Source: Candidatus Delongbacteria bacterium
GTDB taxonomy: Bacteria; CAIWAD01
NCBI GenBank assembly: GCA_963663545.1
Contig: OY760505.1
Location: 1,600,001-1,664,000 of the forward strand
Direction of reading: 5' to 3'
Length of the DNA stretch: 64,000 bases
A program made the position numbers and the translations under genes. Under the pieces are notes generated by a model. It worked only from the letters and a program-made list of their open reading frames with translations. It ran no database searches and was not told where the DNA came from. This document shows, piece by piece, positions 9,904-19,026 of the stretch. The number at the start of each line of letters is the position of its first letter. Position 1 is the stretch's first letter.

Positions 9904-12648
9904 CTATTCCAGCGAATCCTGAACCTTAGGCAGATAGAAACGATACAGCACATAGCTCCAGAGTCCGTTGGCTCCCGATCCCAGATCGTAGATGGGAAGC
10001 TGAGTCTCGGGATCAACCGTCATGCTGACAAACTCGCCCGGCTCCATGGCGTACAGCGGAACCGTACTGAAGCAGGTGCGGAAGTTGGTGTAGGTGGGAA
10101 TGCCAAGCGTCCCTTCCTGGTTCTCGACGAATGAGATCACCGGCTTGCGATGCATTTCCAGGATCGGATTCCACCGCAGGTAGACGCTTACCGTATCACC
10201 AACGGCCCAGGGCTGGGTCGTGTACTGATACGTCAGATAAATGAAAGGAGGATAAGCACCGGACTCCCTCGTGGCATTGATCGTCTGTACCGGATCCGCC
10301 CAAGCATCATTGCGATTGTTGTTGTAGGCATCATAGGCAGACTGGATTTCCATGGACTCGTAATGAGTATCGAAAATTCGCAACCAACAACCTGTGCTGG
10401 TGGGGTTCGGATCACGATTCGTCAGCAGTGCAGCCTCATTGGCACCTGTCAGAGAATCCGGCAGCGACAATGAATCGGCCACCACAAAGAGGCGCAGGGT
10501 GTCCAGGGCGGGCAATCCAGAACTGTAGCTGTTGAAGGTGTAGAGGGCCTCAGCACCAGAATTGCTGTTCAAACCCAAGGCTTCCACGTAGGCTAAACTG
10601 CTATCAGGGATGGCAACGCCTCGGGCAGGTGTGTAAAGACGATCGTATCCTTCTTCACCACCGCGAAGCACGTCCACGATACCGTCAGCAATTCTCAAGT
10701 CCTCAAAGCCCTGCTGCTCATGCAACGCCCCGACAAAGGCTTCCAGACGACTCGAAAAATATTGCCTCTGCTCAGAAACGAAGGCCTTGGAAATTCCCAT
10801 GTACGTGAAGAGAAAGTCGCCAGCCTTGTCATCAATATTGTCGAGGGCATTGGTGCTGGTCACTTCAAAACCGAAAGTACCTGTCAGGCTGGAATGCCCC
10901 GTCCAGAACAAGCTTCCGCCTTGATCCAGATAGTCCATCACCAAACCCTTGAAGGCGTTCGTAAAGCGACTATCATAGGGCTGGGTTGCGCTCTGGGCCC
11001 AGTTGTCATCCAACACAATGATGGAATGGTACTGCGCCATTACGCTATAGGGCAGGAGATAGGAATCTTCTGGTGCCCACCACCGGCAATTGTACTCTTC
11101 GGTGACACCATCATACCAGACCGGCACATAGTCCGCCGCACCATCAACCACTTGCTTGACAACTGTAATCGCAGATTCAAGCTGTTCCTTTGTCGTGGTC
11201 AGATAGGTGTTGTAATCCAACCCCAGTGTGGCAGCGTCAGATGTCAGATTGATGACCAGCAGGTCTCGTTCCATGGACATGTTGACAACGCGGAACCGCA
11301 TGTATCCCGGCAGCGCGCAGGGCTCAAGACCATCATCACGGGAGAAGACGGTGAGCTGGTAAAAGCCATTGTCCAAGTTGTACAGGGTAATCTCGCCGTC
11401 ATCCGACCAACCATCTTCGTCAATGGTGTTGTTCAGAACATTCGTATCGTCCAAGGCAATCTCTAGATCGGCATAGGCCTCATCGTTGATCCAGAGACCA
11501 TTCTCCCACATGTCGTCATCGTCGTCCAGATTATCGTCGCTAGCATCCATCAAGGACTCCACCTGCGCCTCGGGCAAACGATGCAACCTGTACTCGAACT
11601 GCAACGGAATGGTAACCAGTGCTTGATCGTCCGGATCATCGCAGGTAACCAGGAAGCCCAGACCTCCCCAGTTGGGAAGTTCATTGCTGTTCATTGGAAT
11701 TTCATAATAGGGAGTCACCCCGGACATGGCCTGGTAGATTTCCAGATCGCTCTCAATATCCTGCCAGTTGACCACGTGGCGTGTATACGAATCGGGCTGG
11801 GTCACCAAAGTATAACCAGACTTCTGGAAGGTAAGCTCGGGCGTGTTTGGTGCGCGGTTTGAGCGATTGAAAGTACGAACAGCGATCTCGCTGAGTGCGC
11901 CTTCGTCGTCCTGCGCCTGTAGGAAGACCTTGTGCTTCTGAATCTGACCAAGTTGAGTGGTCAGATAGATCTCGGCCTGCGTATTAACCGTGTACGTCCA
12001 ATCAATGGTGGCATCGTCGTTTATCACGCGCTGCTCGAAGGCGGCCTGCTCTTCGTCCGTAGTATAGGCGAGATCGTAGTAGCGATAACGCTCTACAAAT
12101 CCGTCAGCATCGCTGCCCGTCCAGAAAATCATGGGCGCGTACGAGAATACCGGACGATACTCAAACTCGCCATCAATGGTGTACACACAGCTTCCCTGAG
12201 TCCAGTGGAAGTTTTCTGTGTTGTGGATCCAAAGATAGCGCGGAATGTTTTCGTCGACGCGATAGTTCTCTACTGGAACGGTACCCGTTTCATAGCTAAC
12301 GCCCGAAGTATCAGTGATTTCCAGCCGGTAGCTGATGGAACGGATGGTGTTCAGACGAAAGTACTGGAAGCGAATCAGCTCGTAGCGCACTTCGCTTTCC
12401 AAATCAGTGGTATCCGGCAACTGGCCCAGAACCTCGTCTTCCTCAAAGCCAGTATAGATGTCGGAAAAAAGGAAGCTGTAGTTATCAATGTCGTAGACTT
12501 GCGCCACGGAGTCGGCGTCGAGCTCATTGTTGATGAAGCGCACGCTGGGCGCTTCATTTGCGCGATAGTCACCGTCTACAGTACTGCAGCCAACGACAAT
12601 CAGCATGGCAGCCAAAGCTACGACAGAGCTGAAAAGACTCTTTTTCAT
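9904..12648 (-). CDS. Large acidic outer-membrane lipoprotein (914 aa), function unknown
   Basis: Lipobox IVVGC; Ig/FN3-like segments (WTGSDADGFVERYRY, FLQAQDDEG); last gene of the operon. Confidence 0.75.
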   Translation of the reverse strand: MKKSLFSSVVALAAMLIVVGCSTVDGDYRANEAPSVRFINNELDADSVAQVYDIDNYSFLFSDIYTGFEEDEVLGQLPDTTDLESEVRYELIRFQYFRLNTIRSISYRLEITDTSGVSYETGTVPVENYRVDENIPRYLWIHNTENFHWTQGSCVYTIDGEFEYRPVFSYAPMIFWTGSDADGFVERYRYYDLAYTTDEEQAAFEQRVINDDATIDWTYTVNTQAEIYLTTQLGQIQKHKVFLQAQDDEGALSEIAVRTFNRSNRAPNTPELTFQKSGYTLVTQPDSYTRHVVNWQDIESDLEIYQAMSGVTPYYEIPMNSNELPNWGGLGFLVTCDDPDDQALVTIPLQFEYRLHRLPEAQVESLMDASDDNLDDDDDMWENGLWINDEAYADLEIALDDTNVLNNTIDEDGWSDDGEITLYNLDNGFYQLTVFSRDDGLEPCALPGYMRFRVVNMSMERDLLVINLTSDAATLGLDYNTYLTTTKEQLESAITVVKQVVDGAADYVPVWYDGVTEEYNCRWWAPEDSYLLPYSVMAQYHSIIVLDDNWAQSATQPYDSRFTNAFKGLVMDYLDQGGSLFWTGHSSLTGTFGFEVTSTNALDNIDDKAGDFLFTYMGISKAFVSEQRQYFSSRLEAFVGALHEQQGFEDLRIADGIVDVLRGGEEGYDRLYTPARGVAIPDSSLAYVEALGLNSNSGAEALYTFNSYSSGLPALDTLRLFVVADSLSLPDSLTGANEAALLTNRDPNPTSTGCWLRIFDTHYESMEIQSAYDAYNNNRNDAWADPVQTINATRESGAYPPFIYLTYQYTTQPWAVGDTVSVYLRWNPILEMHRKPVISFVENQEGTLGIPTYTNFRTCFSTVPLYAMEPGEFVSMTVDPETQLPIYDLGSGANGLWSYVLYRFYLPKVQDSLE

Positions 12649-12660
12649 CGTCGGCTCCTC

Positions 12661-13671
12661 CTATCGCCACCAACTCAGGGTGATCATGTTGTTCCCCTCG
12701 AGATACTCGTGCGGAGCATACCCGAAATCCAGACGGAAATCGCCCATCGTCTCGGATGCAAATGCGAAGCCAGCCCCTAGGGTCAAGCCGTCCGTGGAAG
12801 TCAACGGATACTCCATGAAGGGATCCAGCTCGGTGTCATCGACATAGTCGGAGTACTCGTCTCGAGCCAAACCATTGATTTTCTTGCCTAATCGCAGATA
12901 AAAGCGCTGCTTGAAGGCATACTCGAAACCAAGATTGATGTACTCGATGTTGTCCGAAGGATGTCCGAACTCAAAGGCTCCTGTAAGGAAATGATCCTCC
13001 GTGGCCTTGCCGATGAGATCCATGCCAACGCCGAACTTGAACACGATCGGCAGCGGGTCTTCCTGCTCATAGAAGACCATGTCCGGACCGAAGTTCTGAA
13101 TAACCATCGCCAGTCGCATGCTACGCCAGGCAGTGTCATAATACGTGCCAACATCGGCGGCCCAACCTGTAGCAGAGAAGTCCATGACATCCTGCTGCAG
13201 ATACTTGAGGGTAACTCCGACGGTGAACTTGTTCGTAAGCTGGCGCGCTGCGCTTACACCCACAGCCATGGCGGTGTAGTTGAACTCACGGCCCGTGCCA
13301 TCCGTTTTTGTAGGTGTCGTCTCGTCCATCATGCCCGAGTTGAAATAGCTCATGGACATGCCGACGGTGGTCATCTGCTCCGGGAAATCGTGTGTCACAC
13401 CAACCCATTCCTGGTTGGTGTCAACGAAATAGTCGTTGTGGCTGAAGCTGACACGTGTTCCCTCAAGCAGACGAATGCCCGCCGGATTGTAATACAGGGC
13501 AGAAACATCGTCGGCGATCGGCAGCAGAGCATCTGCCATGGCAAGACCGCGCGCGCTGACGCCCAACTCCAGGAACGTGGCACCGGCGGTTCCCGCCTTC
13601 ACCTGGCTATATCCTGGAGCGGCAAGCAGCAACGCCAGGGCCAGAACCAGGGTGTACTTGATTGTACGCAT
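12661..13671 (-). CDS. PorV/PorQ (UPF0164, FadL-like) outer-membrane beta-barrel
   Basis: Signal peptide then KAGTAGATFLELGVSARGLAMADA...DDVSALYYNPAG, the family N-terminal signature. Confidence 0.88.
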   Translation of the reverse strand: MRTIKYTLVLALALLLAAPGYSQVKAGTAGATFLELGVSARGLAMADALLPIADDVSALYYNPAGIRLLEGTRVSFSHNDYFVDTNQEWVGVTHDFPEQMTTVGMSMSYFNSGMMDETTPTKTDGTGREFNYTAMAVGVSAARQLTNKFTVGVTLKYLQQDVMDFSATGWAADVGTYYDTAWRSMRLAMVIQNFGPDMVFYEQEDPLPIVFKFGVGMDLIGKATEDHFLTGAFEFGHPSDNIEYINLGFEYAFKQRFYLRLGKKINGLARDEYSDYVDDTELDPFMEYPLTSTDGLTLGAGFAFASETMGDFRLDFGYAPHEYLEGNNMITLSWWR

Positions 13672-13689
13672 TTGTACTCCTCCCGGGCG

Positions 13690-16600
13690 TTACTTGATGA
13701 TGACGAACTTGCCAGTGTAGATGTCGCCCTCGTTGCCCGGGGTCTTATCCTCCACACTGAAGAAGTACAAGCCGCTGGCTACCTGCTGGAAGTTGCGGGA
13801 ATTCAGATCCCAAGCTTCCGAATAATCTGCGGCCCAGGACGTATTGCCATCACCATCTACGTTGTGCGGAAGAATCTGCACTAGATCACCGGACACCGTA
13901 TAGATGCGAATCAGGCACTGCTGCGGCAGGTTGATGAACTCCATGCGACGATCCTGCTGTGGCCAGAAGGTGTCGCTTCCGTCATCCTGATTTTCCCAGC
14001 GGAGACTGTCGGCACTGTTTCCAGGCGCGTATCCGTAAAGGTGATAGTTCTGATCTGCACGATAGGGATTGGGCACGGCCTTCACCTCGCGCTCGGGGAC
14101 TCCCGAAGGCGCCTGCCGCACAGCGTTACAACCCTGCGCGGTTTCCAGCGGCTCCGTACCGGTCTGGTAATCGCCAAAGTCGTAGGCGCTAACAGCGTAG
14201 TAGCGGGGGAAGAGGCTCTTTACATTTTCGATTCGCTTACGGAATTCGACGTTGTAATTGACGCCCTTTGTCCAGACGTAATCCGGTGTGCTATCATCCA
14301 TGAAGCGATCACCAATCACCAGAATATCATCTGAACCGTTGTTGTAGGTCAGTCGACCGCTAGCGGGATTGTCAATGCTGCCACCGCTCCAGGTCAGCTC
14401 GGTTCCATCGGCAAGGAAGAAGCTATAGTTGCCACCTTCCAAACGAACAGCGACAGGGCCGACATAAGCATTGATCTGCTCGTTATAGCCGGGGCCGGAA
14501 TCGATCCACAGGTTCGCGTTGGAATCGAAAACAATGGCTTCCAGCGGCTCGCCCTCTGCTGTAGCGATGTCGGCAAAGCCTGTGTTGTTGCCAACGGGCT
14601 GACGTTCCCAGCCATTGTTTGTATTCCGCATATCCAAAGCTTCTATGGGACCGGGATCCGGCATGGTGCGCAGAGCATTGTCAGAATCGAAGTAGGCGTA
14701 GTTTACGTTGTCGTAATCGTACAGCAGCGTGTACTCATTGTCCAGCTGGGTATTGCTGACCCAAATGCGGTACCCTTCGAAATCCTGAACATGGCTGAAA
14801 GGATCGGCATAGGTCTCGGACATGGAGTTGCGGGTCCAGATAAGATCTACATAATCGGTACCTGTCTCAACACGCATGTCAGGACAGGGTGGCGGCGGCG
14901 GTCCCTGGAAATCGGGAATACCATCGCCGCTATCCAGGAATTCATTGTTGTTGAAGTGTCCGATGTACCAATCGTCATCATCCACACCGCCCTGTGAGAA
15001 CTTCGGACCTGCATAGATGAGGAATGAGTCTTCCCGCATCTCACGATTGCCAGCGATCTCGTAGAGGAACTCCCAAAGGAACTGATCCTCGCTGACCTCG
15101 GTGCCCCAGTATTCGCTGTAACCGGAATCCAAGAGACCATTGCTCTCAAGCGAGTCAGGTCCTGGATAAATCGCTACATCGCCATTGGGTGCATGCAGAA
15201 TCTCACCGAAGTAGCGAACCGTGTCGCCAACAGCGGGAGCCCAAAGCATGTCAAGGCCGACGTCCTCACCAGGCCAGCCATCACCAGTATCCAGCACGCC
15301 ATCGCCTTCGCCACTGTCATTCGTTCCAGCAATGCCGTCCTGACCGTAGTCATAGATGGGCGTATCAAACATTTCGTTGTCGTAGACGCGCTTGGCCCAA
15401 ATCGCATTGAAGTCGAAGTCGGTCCAATCAAAAAGTGTGGAATCGATTCGTCCAGGGTCGTTCTGCGGATGTGAACGGTTATGCAGGTTCTCACCGGCAA
15501 CATAGGCCAACGTCATCAGGAAGCTTTCGCCCGGGTTCAAACGATACACATTGACACCTTGGCCATCCACATAATCGAAGACGCCCATGGGTCCCCAGGA
15601 AATCAGATAACGCGTGTCGCCACCACCGCCTTGCACGCCACCGTCCGGGTTCTGCCATTCCATGGAATCGCCATTTACAACCTGCGGCGGAAGTACAGCA
15701 TCATCGACGCACATGTACATCGGCGGATCAAACTCGCCATTGGACATCACGTAATACTTGTTGGCATCCGACCTTGGTGTGCCCAGAGTTGCAGTCCACA
15801 GACCATCTGGATCGTTCAGACAAGCCGTCCAAGCCGGGCCGTAATCGTCGCCAACATCGCCGTTTGAATTCCACCAGTTAAAAGTGGTCTCCAGCATCGG
15901 GTTAGGAGCGCGCAGCACTCGCGTACCCGTAACGTGCGCATTTGTCAGGTTTGACCCCGTGTCAACACCCACTGGACGCCCATCGTTATCCGCAATGTAT
16001 GCGGCGTTGATTTCGATCTGTTGGTTGGTGACAGAGTCAACGGCCAGTTTGCGAAATCCGCAGAAATCGTCCGAAGAACACCCCGGCGGGTTTGGCTCCG
16101 TGCGTGGATTACCAACGTCCGAGTCCACATAAAGACCTACATATAGGTTTTTAAGGAACTTGGAGCCAGTGTTGGTAATCTTGTAGTCGATAATGATGAA
16201 GTCCTGGGCGTAGTTGTAGGACCAGGAGTGGGAAGTTTGCTCAATAGTGACACCCAGCGGGATATGATTACGGTCCTGTTCATCCCAACCGTAACCCGTC
16301 GGCAAGGCCATTAGCGTATCAGTGAAAATGGCGTAATAGTCCTGCTCGGATACTGCCAGACTATCATAGATCGGCTTGCCCGTCACGCGACTAATGGCAT
16401 TCTCTCTAGTGGAAGTCTCCAAGATGGCATCGTCGTAGGTGCTACCCGGCCACAACTCGCAGCAGTTGCGCTCCCAGCCTTCTGAACCGAACGATACGCG
16501 GGGCGTCTCTTGGTTGAATTCATCAACGATGAGCGCGCCAATCCAAATGGAACCTTGGTACAAATACTGTACACCAGAACCGCCAGGAAATTCACACTGC

Positions 16601-16872
16601 GGGGCCCAAGTTCCAGGATACTCCGGATCCGAGAGCGCCTCGTCGGAGCCCGGCTCGCTATTTCCTATTGTTCCGCGATTGGACACGGTCATCCACATCT
16701 TGCCGTAGCGGTGAGTACGGTTATCCAGATAAGGAAAGGCGTCGGTTTGACGGCTTTCATCCGCTCCCTTGACCACGGCTCCCGGCTGCTCTTCCATCGT
16801 GGCAGCCTGTAGGCTGGAGACAAGGAGACCGCTGCACAGTCCAGCAAGCAGCAGCTTTGCAGACAGGCTCAT
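13690..16872 (-). CDS. Secreted ~1060-aa protein with T9SS type-A/FlgD-like C-terminal domain
   Basis: Signal peptide from ATG 16872; EFPGGSG..YLYQGSIWIG, VSEQD, Asp/Gly loops and an FN3-like segment; C-terminus VPNPY...FINLP...IRIYTVSGDLV...WDLNSRN...VASGLY...GKFVIIK. Confidence 0.8.
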   Translation of the reverse strand: MSLSAKLLLAGLCSGLLVSSLQAATMEEQPGAVVKGADESRQTDAFPYLDNRTHRYGKMWMTVSNRGTIGNSEPGSDEALSDPEYPGTWAPQCEFPGGSGVQYLYQGSIWIGALIVDEFNQETPRVSFGSEGWERNCCELWPGSTYDDAILETSTRENAISRVTGKPIYDSLAVSEQDYYAIFTDTLMALPTGYGWDEQDRNHIPLGVTIEQTSHSWSYNYAQDFIIIDYKITNTGSKFLKNLYVGLYVDSDVGNPRTEPNPPGCSSDDFCGFRKLAVDSVTNQQIEINAAYIADNDGRPVGVDTGSNLTNAHVTGTRVLRAPNPMLETTFNWWNSNGDVGDDYGPAWTACLNDPDGLWTATLGTPRSDANKYYVMSNGEFDPPMYMCVDDAVLPPQVVNGDSMEWQNPDGGVQGGGGDTRYLISWGPMGVFDYVDGQGVNVYRLNPGESFLMTLAYVAGENLHNRSHPQNDPGRIDSTLFDWTDFDFNAIWAKRVYDNEMFDTPIYDYGQDGIAGTNDSGEGDGVLDTGDGWPGEDVGLDMLWAPAVGDTVRYFGEILHAPNGDVAIYPGPDSLESNGLLDSGYSEYWGTEVSEDQFLWEFLYEIAGNREMREDSFLIYAGPKFSQGGVDDDDWYIGHFNNNEFLDSGDGIPDFQGPPPPPCPDMRVETGTDYVDLIWTRNSMSETYADPFSHVQDFEGYRIWVSNTQLDNEYTLLYDYDNVNYAYFDSDNALRTMPDPGPIEALDMRNTNNGWERQPVGNNTGFADIATAEGEPLEAIVFDSNANLWIDSGPGYNEQINAYVGPVAVRLEGGNYSFFLADGTELTWSGGSIDNPASGRLTYNNGSDDILVIGDRFMDDSTPDYVWTKGVNYNVEFRKRIENVKSLFPRYYAVSAYDFGDYQTGTEPLETAQGCNAVRQAPSGVPEREVKAVPNPYRADQNYHLYGYAPGNSADSLRWENQDDGSDTFWPQQDRRMEFINLPQQCLIRIYTVSGDLVQILPHNVDGDGNTSWAADYSEAWDLNSRNFQQVASGLYFFSVEDKTPGNEGDIYTGKFVIIK

Positions 16873-16873
16873 A

Positions 16874-19015
16874 TTAATTCTCCTCCGGGCTGACGGGGTT
16901 CGCAGGATCCCAGCCGACATTGGCTGTTGCGCAACCCTCTCCAAAATCAAACGCTGTGCCACCGGCTGGCAAGTATTCTGTGCCGGTCAATTCGGGGTCG
17001 ACATCATAGCTGTTACACTCGCTGACAAAGGCCCAGTTCGCCGGGAAGTAATCGTCGGTTACTTCGCCATTGTCGTAGAAAACATTCAGGTTGACAACCG
17101 GGTTGTTGTAATCGTTTGACTCACCAACCGCTTGCCCATGAATGGCTGAAGCTACATCCGAATTGGGGTTGTCACAGGACGCAATGATGTTCCCCTGAAT
17201 CAGCGGGTTGCAGTTATCGTTCAGCTTCATTCCACCGGCGGTCGCACCCGTGATGGTATTATTCAGCACAACCGACGCATCCGTCGCATTCGACCAGAGT
17301 TTCACGCCGTATGTGCCTGGATTCAAGAACAAGTTGTTCTCGATGCGCACGCCCTGATCTGTGTCGTACACCATTACGCCATACGCGCCAACGCTGCTGA
17401 TGGTCGAATTGATGAGTTCCAGATCGGCACCATCGTAGGCATACACAGCGGCATAACCAATTTCTTCGAAGCTGCAATTGTCAACAACCAGTTTGCCCGT
17501 GGTGCCTTCAATGCTAACACCATGGTTATAGCCATGGGAGAAATCGCAATGGGTTACAGTAGCATTCATACCATCGCGGATTTCGAGCATACCGCCATTC
17601 AGGACGAAATTGTCGCCGGTGTTACTGGATTCCGAACCGCCATAGAAGCTGCAGTTTTCAAAGCTGGCATGCATCTCAAGGCTGTCATTGTAAAACACCA
17701 CACTCTTCCATGCCGGCAGGCCGGTACGATCTGCGGTGGGCACAAACTCTACGTTGGTGACGCTCAGTTCATTATCAAACTCCAGGCCGAAATAGTCGGA
17801 GAACTCAACGGTCAAGTTTGACAGGGACACCGCTTCGTGGCTGAAAGCGTCGCAGGTAACCGTATACACTCCACCATCCAGGGTGGTTTGTTTGATCCGC
17901 TTGCGAAGCTCATTCGGGGCCGCTTCGTAGTAGACCATGGCCAAATCAGTTCGCTTGTCGCCATTATAATCAAAGCCCGCCTCGATGCAGGGACTGCAGG
18001 AATTGTAGATCTGCACGTCGGCATTGATTTCGTCAAAATAGGCGTCGGCAACAGTGTTGCTGAACTGATCACAAGGATCATTGCTCTCGTTACGACGATA
18101 GATCACATCGCCATCTTCGTCGTAACCAAGCCTGGTCGAGCCAAAAAGCAAGGTAGAATTGACCAGGACCGTGTCCTGAGTCGTTGAGTCAGGCAAAATG
18201 ATGGTGGCCGTATAACCGAACTGCGTAGTCTGAAATCCCACCTCAGGCATGCGGAACTGCAGCGAGCTGTTCGACGAAACGTTGTTGTTGCTGATGTAGG
18301 GTTCGCCGTTGTTGCCCGTCAGCCAGTCGATCTCCACGGTGTTTCCAATGTGGTTGGCATCAAAAACAAGACCGGAACCATCATTGGCATGAATGATGTT
18401 GGAACGCAGCGTGGGACGGCTATCGCCCGTAAGCAGCACACCATTGTACTGCGAATAGTAAACCAGACAATGCTCAATGGTCGGGCTCGCACTATTTAGC
18501 ACAATCTGCGCGCTGCGCTCAAAATCGTCACGATTGAACTTAGCGCCGTAACCGACGAAGCAGTACTGCATCACCGAGTTGTCTGCATTCCAGGATGCTT
18601 GCGAGAGGGAATCATCAGGATTGTAGGTGCGGAACACCAGGCTGCCCCACAAACCGTAATCCTCGTCCGCCTTTGAGCTAATGAAGCGGATCGGTGAATC
18701 AAGCGTGCCGACTGCGGTGAGGGTGCCCTCAACGTAAATATTAGCCCACTTGGCCATGTAAACATTCACACCCGCATCGATGATCAATTCCTGACCCGCA
18801 GGAATGGTCAGGACCGAATCGTCACTGACACTTACGTAATAGGGGCTTCCTTCGAGCGTCCAGTGTCCGCCGGAAGTCAGATCCGCGCTCACCTCTGTGG
18901 TGTAGCCACGATCCGGCCCCGAATCTTCTTCAGTTTTTACGCTGCTATCGTCGTCCTCGCAAGCGACCAAGGTGATCATGAGCAAGGCCAGCAGCCAGAG
19001 AAGGCTATTCTTCAT
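16874..19015 (-). CDS. Lipoprotein with two right-handed parallel beta-helix regions
   Basis: Lipobox LVAC; WTLEGSPYYV...LTIPAG...VEGTLTAVGT..SPIRF; Asn-rich PbH1-like repeats. Confidence 0.8.
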   Translation of the reverse strand: MKNSLLWLLALLMITLVACEDDDSSVKTEEDSGPDRGYTTEVSADLTSGGHWTLEGSPYYVSVSDDSVLTIPAGQELIIDAGVNVYMAKWANIYVEGTLTAVGTLDSPIRFISSKADEDYGLWGSLVFRTYNPDDSLSQASWNADNSVMQYCFVGYGAKFNRDDFERSAQIVLNSASPTIEHCLVYYSQYNGVLLTGDSRPTLRSNIIHANDGSGLVFDANHIGNTVEIDWLTGNNGEPYISNNNVSSNSSLQFRMPEVGFQTTQFGYTATIILPDSTTQDTVLVNSTLLFGSTRLGYDEDGDVIYRRNESNDPCDQFSNTVADAYFDEINADVQIYNSCSPCIEAGFDYNGDKRTDLAMVYYEAAPNELRKRIKQTTLDGGVYTVTCDAFSHEAVSLSNLTVEFSDYFGLEFDNELSVTNVEFVPTADRTGLPAWKSVVFYNDSLEMHASFENCSFYGGSESSNTGDNFVLNGGMLEIRDGMNATVTHCDFSHGYNHGVSIEGTTGKLVVDNCSFEEIGYAAVYAYDGADLELINSTISSVGAYGVMVYDTDQGVRIENNLFLNPGTYGVKLWSNATDASVVLNNTITGATAGGMKLNDNCNPLIQGNIIASCDNPNSDVASAIHGQAVGESNDYNNPVVNLNVFYDNGEVTDDYFPANWAFVSECNSYDVDPELTGTEYLPAGGTAFDFGEGCATANVGWDPANPVSPEEN

Positions 19016-19026
19016 CCTTCAGCTCC